Shown here in pieces: positions 28,109-34,214 of a stretch of DNA of 58,102 nucleotides (positions within the stretch are counted from its first letter, which is position 1; each line of letters begins with the position of its first letter). Below the pieces are notes generated by a model, which saw only the letters and a program-made list of their open reading frames with translations, was not told the origin of the DNA and ran no database searches. A program made the position numbers and the translations under genes. This stretch comes from a virus (taxonomy: Duplodnaviria > Caudoviricetes): positions 1 through 58,102 of IMG/VR virus record IMGVR_UViG_3300046787_000172; one strand, written 5' to 3'.

Positions 28109-28340
28109 AGATGGTCTTGCCTTCCAGTTTGAGTGTGACGACCATGAGGCATGCCGTGTCGTTGAGTGGGGCCCATATGATCTCGTCTTCGTTGCACCCG
28201 CCGGGCAGGGCGTCGCATATGTCGGTGTGGAGTTTGCCTATGCAGTGATCGCACCCGTTGTCGTTGTCATGCCGGGCCACGACCTCGTACGCATCCCATC
28301 GGAAGGTGTCGCCGGGTTTGTACTCGAGGCGCTCGGTCAT
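28101..28340 (-). CDS. Early Cys-rich protein, paralog family B
   Basis: CDHC..C..C..IIW; ends TLKLEGKTIYD. Confidence 0.7.
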   Translation of the reverse strand: MTERLEYKPGDTFRWDAYEVVARHDNDNGCDHCIGKLHTDICDALPGGCNEDEIIWAPLNDTACLMVVTLKLEGKTIYD

Positions 28341-28663
28341 GTCTTACCCTCCAGCTTCTCAGCCACGAGGTGTGCTCGGTACTCAGGGAACTTGGACGGT
28401 GCGACGAAGATGGTGTTGGTGTCCCCGCAGTCATGGCGCTTGAACTCTGGCGATCCAAACCCGTTGCCTAGGCGTTTGTATGCTTCAGACATGAGCTTGC
28501 AATGCTCGAAGTCGTTATCGTTCATCTCGGGACGGTAGAACGCGCACCCGTGGTGCGGACTGTCAACCCCCTCCATCTCAGGCACGATCATGTACCAGCG
28601 CCCACGCAGCTTTATCTGTGGGTAGTAGTCGGGGTCCAGCTTGGTCGGCTCGGGCGTCTTCAT
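28337..28663 (-). CDS. Early Cys-rich protein, paralog family B
   Basis: HGCAF..C..C..TIF; ends AEKLEGKT. Confidence 0.7.
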   Translation of the reverse strand: MKTPEPTKLDPDYYPQIKLRGRWYMIVPEMEGVDSPHHGCAFYRPEMNDNDFEHCKLMSEAYKRLGNGFGSPEFKRHDCGDTNTIFVAPSKFPEYRAHLVAEKLEGKT

Positions 28664-28881
28664 ATCGCAGTCCCCAGTCTGTTGCGGATGTACTCGTACA
28701 TGCGTTTGTATGCCTCCTTGGATTTGTGGTTGAGCACGAGCTGGCGTATGGCCATGAGCTCCTCACGGTCTTCTGACTTGGTGGGCTGGTCGCCAAGCCC
28801 TCGCTCGTTGTACTCAGCCTCTATGTCGCTGTCGTTGAACTCGGACAGGTCGACGTCTACCTCAACGGATATCCATGTCAT
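28660..28881 (-). CDS. Hypothetical protein
   Basis: VEVDVDLSEF.D..I..E...RG motif. Confidence 0.7.
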   Translation of the reverse strand: MTWISVEVDVDLSEFNDSDIEAEYNERGLGDQPTKSEDREELMAIRQLVLNHKSKEAYKRMYEYIRNRLGTAI

Positions 28882-29045
28882 GGCTTACCCTCCGCATGCA
28901 GTTGGGCGATGTACCCATCGAGGGCTTTGCGTCCATGCTTCTTGAGCATGTACAGGACTGATCGTACGTAGTCCGGGTTCGTAATTGCTTGGGTTCGGGT
29001 TGACGCCTTCAGTAGGCGCAGGATGATCCAATCTTCTTTGGTCAT
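28878..29045 (-). CDS. 55-aa hypothetical protein
   Basis: GGAG RBS; ATGA overlaps; not in the ORF track. Confidence 0.6.
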   Translation of the reverse strand: MTKEDWIILRLLKASTRTQAITNPDYVRSVLYMLKKHGRKALDGYIAQLHAEGKP

Positions 29046-29239
29046 TTCAGCTCCCTCGGTTTAATCACCATGGTGTACCCCAATGAGTTGATACGCATCA
29101 GGGCGAGGTCAGTCAGGGTCTTGCAGCCGGTGAGTGCTGCGAATGTGTGTGCCGTGTCGCACACTGGGTATATGGTTTGCTTGCCATACACGTCACGGAT
29201 TTCCACCGTATATGTTTTGTCTGGTGTGGTGTCTGTCAT
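29042..29239 (-). CDS. Hypothetical protein
   Basis: DVYG...IYP.C..A..FA.L.G.KTLT motif. Confidence 0.75.
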   Translation of the reverse strand: MTDTTPDKTYTVEIRDVYGKQTIYPVCDTAHTFAALTGCKTLTDLALMRINSLGYTMVIKPRELK

Positions 29240-29283
29240 GATGTGCCCTTTCTTTGCGTATACACAACGTGTGTATGTTGATG

Positions 29284-29442
29284 TTATCGGCTGAATCGCT
29301 CAGCCAAGTATTCCCGATATGCTGTCTCGGGGTCATCCATGTCCAAGGGGTTTGTGCCCATGTCAGCCTCGAAGATGAACGGCTCGCACTCTTCTTGGTC
29401 TTCGTTGATGTATACATACATTAGCTGTTGACGTTGGGACAT
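29284..29442 (-). CDS. 52-aa acidic early protein MSQRQQLMYVYINEDQEECEPFIFEADMGTNPLDMDDPETAYREYLAERFSR
   Basis: AGGAG RBS; not in the ORF track. Confidence 0.6.
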   Translation of the reverse strand: MSQRQQLMYVYINEDQEECEPFIFEADMGTNPLDMDDPETAYREYLAERFSR

Positions 29443-29451
29443 GATGACTCC

Positions 29452-29854
29452 TGATGTATACACACGTTGTGTATACGTACGTTGATGGGGTAATTATCCA
29501 AGGTGATATCCAAGGTTTGATGGGCTTGGATAGTCGATGTTAGTGGGTACTGATGCTGGAACCCGCATGGATATTGGGCTGCGAGAGGGCATAAGGGTTT
29601 ACCCGGGGGTAATTATCCAATTATCCAAAAAAGCTGGAGGGTCAGCGAGGATTTTAGGGTCGTTGTGATTGTGTGCGCTTTGCGCACCTTCACGTAAAAA
29701 CACACACGCATCGTCTGTGTGTACCTAAATACTTGGATAATTGTCTAATTGTCTAATTGCACGTCTAACCCCTTGATTTTAAAGGGAAACCTAATTATCC
29801 AAGGTAAAACACCCCTTGGATAATTGGATAATTAGATGTGATGTATACACACGT
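29452..29854. repeat. Iteron-like repeat region, probable replication origin
   Basis: Several direct and inverted TAATTATCCAA copies; IHF consensus at 29766-29778; bracketed by a 16-bp direct repeat. Confidence 0.65.
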
Positions 29855-30348
29855 CAGGCAGTGATGGCACTGCGTGCGGCCTTGGCTTCTGCGGTGAACG
29901 CCTCAGCATGGGCGATCATGTCAACTGCGACTGCCTTGAGTTCCATGAGCTTGGCCAGTGTTGCACCAGCCTTGAGTGCGCCGGTCTTCTTGTCTGTGAC
30001 ATAGCCGCCAGTCTTGGACATTTTGGCCTTCATGATACGTGCCTCGAATTGGTCAGGCAGTGACTCGAAGCCGGCACGATTGGAGATAACGATTGGCTCA
30101 CCCAATTGGGCGGCAAAGTACTCGCCAGCGGGTTTGTAGTTGCATGATGGGAATGCGGCTTGCTTGGCAATGGCTTGAACACCGCCGTTGGCGATACCAT
30201 TGCGGGCGGCTTGGCCCACTTTGCCCTTGGCATTGGCGAGCGCCATCTTGGTGTATGGGCTGGCGTCTTGCACGACAGACAGTTGACGTTCAGTCTTGGT
30301 TTTGCCGTAGACGTTGACCATTGCGGGAGTGAATTGTGCGAGTTCCAT
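29854..30348 (-). CDS. First early gene, basic Ala-rich hypothetical protein
   Basis: AAGGA RBS; 164 aa. Confidence 0.75.
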   Translation of the reverse strand: MELAQFTPAMVNVYGKTKTERQLSVVQDASPYTKMALANAKGKVGQAARNGIANGGVQAIAKQAAFPSCNYKPAGEYFAAQLGEPIVISNRAGFESLPDQFEARIMKAKMSKTGGYVTDKKTGALKAGATLAKLMELKAVAVDMIAHAEAFTAEAKAARSAITA

Positions 30349-30374
30349 GATGATTCCTTGTGTTGAATGGTTGA

Positions 30375-30935
30375 TCGGTGCAATGCACCACATAGCCCAC
30401 TGGTAACAATGAGCTATAGGTTGAATTGGTTTTGTGGCTTTCTGTTCTTGGTGCCACCCGTGACCTCAATGACCCTCGTGCATAGGTGGCCATTACCTGC
30501 GACCGTGATTCAACGGTGCGTCTAACTCCGGGGTTCTTGCCCGGTCCGTCCTGCAGATGCTCAGATACTCGATTTTGTGGGTGGCCTAGTGATTCGATCA
30601 CGGGTTGTCTCGCGACAATGCGTTCGCCCTGTGTGTTGCCCGCCAATGGACAGCGCACACTCAAGCGTTATCGGGTTTACTCGCCCCTTACCACAAACTC
30701 ACTGAAGTGAGATGCAATTGCGTGCCTTCGACTATTCACACGCACCTTGTCGCGCCACTGACAAGGGAGTCCAATATAAATTTTTAATGATCGGTTTCTC
30801 ATCAAAAGCCCCCTACCATGTGACCGCGTCAACCCGTAGGTATCCACACGCACCATTCCCGTAGGTCCGGCACTAGTCGGTAAAGAACAATCTCACATGA
30901 GGCGAACGGTGCGATCACCGTCCTACTGTAGGCAA
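30375..30935 (-). ncRNA. Candidate structured RNA or early leader with boxA-like sites
   Basis: No credible ORF; more than ten stems, a GNRA-capped hairpin, and boxA-like sites at 30778-30792 and 30880-30890. Confidence 0.45.
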
Positions 30936-30985
30936 CCTTGATAACCCAAGGCCCCTACACTCTAGGCAGGCTTGATAGTCGGCCA

Positions 30986-31024
30986 CCCCCTACAGGCCCC
31001 CCACGCCCCCACCCCGCCCCGCCC
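30986..31024 (-). other. G-run cluster (potential G-quadruplex) at the divergence point
   Basis: Six runs of 3-6 C on the + strand. Confidence 0.5.
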
Positions 31025-31066
31025 TCTGCTTACGACGCAGTCTTACAGCACATCAAACCCACGACA

Positions 31067-31162
31067 TGTATGTATACATACACCCCTAAAAACACCCTGC
31101 CCCCTTGTAAAAAAGCCCCAAAAAATTAAAAAACGTATGTACAATACGTGTGTATACATACA
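31067..31162. promoter_or_regulatory. Palindromic operators upstream of the RHH gene
   Basis: Perfect 16-bp palindrome TGTATGTATACATACA at 31067-31082 and a related copy at 31147-31162. Confidence 0.6.
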
Positions 31163-31175
31163 TTTGGAGCTCAAA

Positions 31176-31346
31176 ATGAAGCGTTGGAACCTGTATTTGC
31201 CTGAAGAATTGATCGAAAAATACCGTGTTTTGGCCACCCAAAAGGGCGTTTCTTCGGCTGAAATGGCCAGAATTGCCATGGAAAAGTACTACCAAGCCCT
31301 CGAAAAAGCCAAAAAACAGGCGTCGGAGACCGAAAATGCTGCCTGA
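31176..31346 (+). CDS. Ribbon-helix-helix (Arc/CopG-like) DNA-binding protein
   Basis: KRWNLYLPEELIEKY..LA.QKGVS.AEMAR.AM pattern; GGAG RBS. Confidence 0.8.
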   Translation: MKRWNLYLPEELIEKYRVLATQKGVSSAEMARIAMEKYYQALEKAKKQASETENAA

Positions 31347-31854
31347 AGACACCCCCATGGACGATTCGCCTCTGGAATACAAGCCAAAAACGGTGTCTTT
31401 TCCCCAAATCAGCGAAGAAATGGTCGCTTCCATTGCCTTGGGCATGGAGGATGAGCTGATTGTGGCCAGTCGCCACGGCATGTCAGTAGAGGAGTACACG
31501 GACTTGGCTGCGCAGCCGTGGTTTCAGTTGCAAGTTCAGGTAAAACGGTCCGAGTACGAGAAAAACGGCGTTACGTTCAAGGCAAAGGCCGCATGGATGG
31601 CCGGGGAGTTGCTCGATCAGGTATACGTCACTGCGGCGTCCGGCGATGCCAGCCTAAGTCAGAAGCACGAAGTCCTTAAGACGCTCATCAAAGCCGCAGG
31701 TCTGGAGCCAAAAGAGGAGAAAGTCAAAGATGTCGGCCCGGGGTTCAGCATTTCCATCGACTTGGGCGGTGGCCAGTCCGTCAGCCTGACAAACCAGCAG
31801 AGCTTCACACCCGTTACACTGGACGCTGAGGTCAAGGAGATCAAGAATGCCTAA
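31336..31854 (+). CDS. Probable terminase small subunit
   Basis: Position upstream of TerL; helical with an FSISIDL tail. Confidence 0.5.
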   Translation: MLPEDTPMDDSPLEYKPKTVSFPQISEEMVASIALGMEDELIVASRHGMSVEEYTDLAAQPWFQLQVQVKRSEYEKNGVTFKAKAAWMAGELLDQVYVTAASGDASLSQKHEVLKTLIKAAGLEPKEEKVKDVGPGFSISIDLGGGQSVSLTNQQSFTPVTLDAEVKEIKNA

Positions 31855-32113
31855 ATCAAAGCTCGAGACGAGACTGACACGCCAGATCGCCGCACGCGGG
31901 GAAGATAACGCTAGTGGCATCGCTCACGGGCTGCTAGTTAAACGTGGGCACATCAAGCCTGATGGCAGCCTGACCGCTGAAGGTAAGAAGCGCCAAGACT
32001 TGGGTAACGCTGGCAGAGCCAAGGACCGTGAATCGAAGTACTCGGGCGGTAAGAACAAGCCGAGCGACTACAAGTACAACGCCAAAACCAACGCGGCGAC
32101 GCTGAAAAAATGA
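31847..32113 (+). CDS. Small basic protein
   Basis: AAGGAG RBS; G.LT.EG..R...RAKDR motif. Confidence 0.7.
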   Translation: MPKSKLETRLTRQIAARGEDNASGIAHGLLVKRGHIKPDGSLTAEGKKRQDLGNAGRAKDRESKYSGGKNKPSDYKYNAKTNAATLKK

Positions 32114-33585
32114 GCAGCACCTACAAACCGACCGAGACACAACGCAACTTCATGCTTGACGAGGCGTACGTCCGCGTGCTGGCGGGGCCAGTCGGCGGTG
32201 GCAAGTCTGTCACGTGTGTGCACGAGCTGGTGCGTATGGCCTGTGGGCAGGCACCGAACGCCAAGAAAATACGCAAGACACGTGCTGTGATCGTGCGTAA
32301 CACGGCGGACCAGTTGGCCCTGACGACCCGAAAGACTGTATTTGACTGGCTGCCCCCGGGCGAGGCTGGTATCTGGAAGGCCGTGGAGAAGACGTTCATC
32401 CTCATGGCGAACATGCCGGACGGCACGAAGGTAGAGTCGGAGTGGCTGTTCATCGCGCTGGATACGCCGGACGACGTGCGGAAGGCGCTGTCGCTGGAGA
32501 CCACGTTCCTGTGGGGTAACGAGAGCCGAGAGCTGCACCCTGACGTTGTGGACGGTCTGCTGGGTCGTCTGAACCGATATCCGTCGATGAAGGACGGTGG
32601 GCCCACCCGGTCGTGTGCGCTGTTTGATACCAACATGCCAGACGAGGACACGTGGTGGCACAACAAGATGGAAGAGCCGCCATCGAACTGGGCGGTGTAC
32701 AAGCAGCCAGCTGCGATAATCAAGCCAGAGGTGTATCTTGAGAAGTTCGGTGAAGAGGCCGAAGAGGTGCTGCTGGATAAGGATGGCGCTGAGTGGGTCG
32801 TGAACCCGGAGTGCGACAACTACAACAACCTGCCCAAGCAGTACTACCCGAACATCATCCCGGGCAAGACTGAGGACTGGCTGCGTGTGTATCTGCGCTC
32901 GGAGTATGGCCGCAGCCTGTCAGGCACGCCGGTGTACGAGAAGACGTTCACATACGACTTCCACGTCGCCAAAGAGAAAATTAAAGCGATCCGCAGCGAA
33001 GACTACCCGGTCATTATCGGTCTGGACTTCGGGCGCACGCCAGCAGCAGTGTTTAAGCAGCGCGACCCACGCGGGCGCGTCGTGACGCTGGCCGAGCTGA
33101 CCTCGGAGAACATGGGCATCGAGACGTTCTTGCGGACGAAACTCAATCCGTTCATTGCGAACAACATGCAGGGCTGCTCTTTCGTCGTGGCCCCGGACCC
33201 AGCAGGGTACGCCAAACAGCAACAAGGCGAGGTGTCGCTGGTGGATATCGTTAAACAGGCCGGGTTCAAGTGCCAGCGGCCACCGACAAACGACCCGGAG
33301 AAACGGATTCAAGCCGTTGAGCGCTTGCTTGTACAACAGTTGGAAGGTAAAGCGCTCTACCTGATCGACCCGGGGTGCACCACGCTGATTAAGGGATTCC
33401 GGTATGGATACCGGTACAAAATCAAGAAGTCCGGTGAGATGGAGGACAAGCCAGACAAGAACGGCTTCTCGCACGTCCATGACGCCAACCAGTACGCAGA
33501 TTCCGTGATCGACATGAACATCCGGGGCGCTGCGTTGAGCACTGGCAGACGCGAGGTGAAGAAGTCCACATATGCCTACACTTGA
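32110..33585 (+). CDS. terL: Terminase large subunit
   Basis: GPVGGGKS, VRNT, WGNE, DTN.P, nuclease GLDFG, DPAG, HVHDANQY. Confidence 0.92.
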   Translation: MSSTYKPTETQRNFMLDEAYVRVLAGPVGGGKSVTCVHELVRMACGQAPNAKKIRKTRAVIVRNTADQLALTTRKTVFDWLPPGEAGIWKAVEKTFILMANMPDGTKVESEWLFIALDTPDDVRKALSLETTFLWGNESRELHPDVVDGLLGRLNRYPSMKDGGPTRSCALFDTNMPDEDTWWHNKMEEPPSNWAVYKQPAAIIKPEVYLEKFGEEAEEVLLDKDGAEWVVNPECDNYNNLPKQYYPNIIPGKTEDWLRVYLRSEYGRSLSGTPVYEKTFTYDFHVAKEKIKAIRSEDYPVIIGLDFGRTPAAVFKQRDPRGRVVTLAELTSENMGIETFLRTKLNPFIANNMQGCSFVVAPDPAGYAKQQQGEVSLVDIVKQAGFKCQRPPTNDPEKRIQAVERLLVQQLEGKALYLIDPGCTTLIKGFRYGYRYKIKKSGEMEDKPDKNGFSHVHDANQYADSVIDMNIRGAALSTGRREVKKSTYAYT

Positions 33586-33609
33586 CCCCTTGACATGTCG
33601 GCGTACAAT
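33582..33609 (+). promoter_or_regulatory. Possible sigma70 promoter
   Basis: TTGACC-N16-TACAAT. Confidence 0.4.
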
Positions 33610-33641
33610 CGGGTAATCGCCCTCACAGACAGGATCACCCC

Positions 33642-34205
33642 ATGAGTCAAATGACTACGAACGCGCTCAACGCCAAGACAGGTTGGTTTGAGCAGATTCA
33701 CAGCTCGTCGGGTCGGCTGTTTGTCGAAGACGGCAACTCAGCGTTCTACGAAGGCCGTCAGTATTTCACGTTCCACGAGTTCAGCATAGCTCAGGCTGCG
33801 ACAGGTGTGTATAAAGTGGTGATCACGGAAGACGTGATCATGCGCGATTTCTTCGTTGTGCTGGATGTGTCTGCTGCACGAGTACAGATCGTATCGGGTG
33901 GCACTGAGGGCGGGTCGTTTAGCACAGCGCTTCCAATCAGCAGAACTAACAACATGCTGCGCACCCCGGCACGAGCTACCACATCAACAATGTCCTACGG
34001 CGGCACGCACACAGGCGGCACGGTGCTTGACATGTTCATCCTGAACTCAGGTAATAATCTGAATCAAGCCGTTGGAGCACAGGGTGGTGAGCAGTTTCCG
34101 ACAGGATTTCCGCCCGGTACGTACTACGTACGTATTACTAACACCGGCAACAGCACGGCGACAGGCATCTTCAAAGCCCGCTGGACAGAAAACCCGAACT
34201 TCTAA
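33642..34205 (+). CDS. Hypothetical beta-rich protein between terL and portal
   Basis: 187-aa ORF with RBS. Confidence 0.7.
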   Translation: MSQMTTNALNAKTGWFEQIHSSSGRLFVEDGNSAFYEGRQYFTFHEFSIAQAATGVYKVVITEDVIMRDFFVVLDVSAARVQIVSGGTEGGSFSTALPISRTNNMLRTPARATTSTMSYGGTHTGGTVLDMFILNSGNNLNQAVGAQGGEQFPTGFPPGTYYVRITNTGNSTATGIFKARWTENPNF

Positions 34206-34214
34206 GGCAGACTC

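Noticed and set aside
29257-29477. Invertible DNA segment bounded by 20-bp inverted repeats
   Set aside because: No recombinase is recognisable and the repeats are built from the operator motif. Read mapping could still test it.
29452-29854. CRISPR-like array
   Set aside because: Repeats are short, in both orientations and irregularly spaced, with no repeat-spacer periodicity. The Cas4-like nuclease sits in the replication module.
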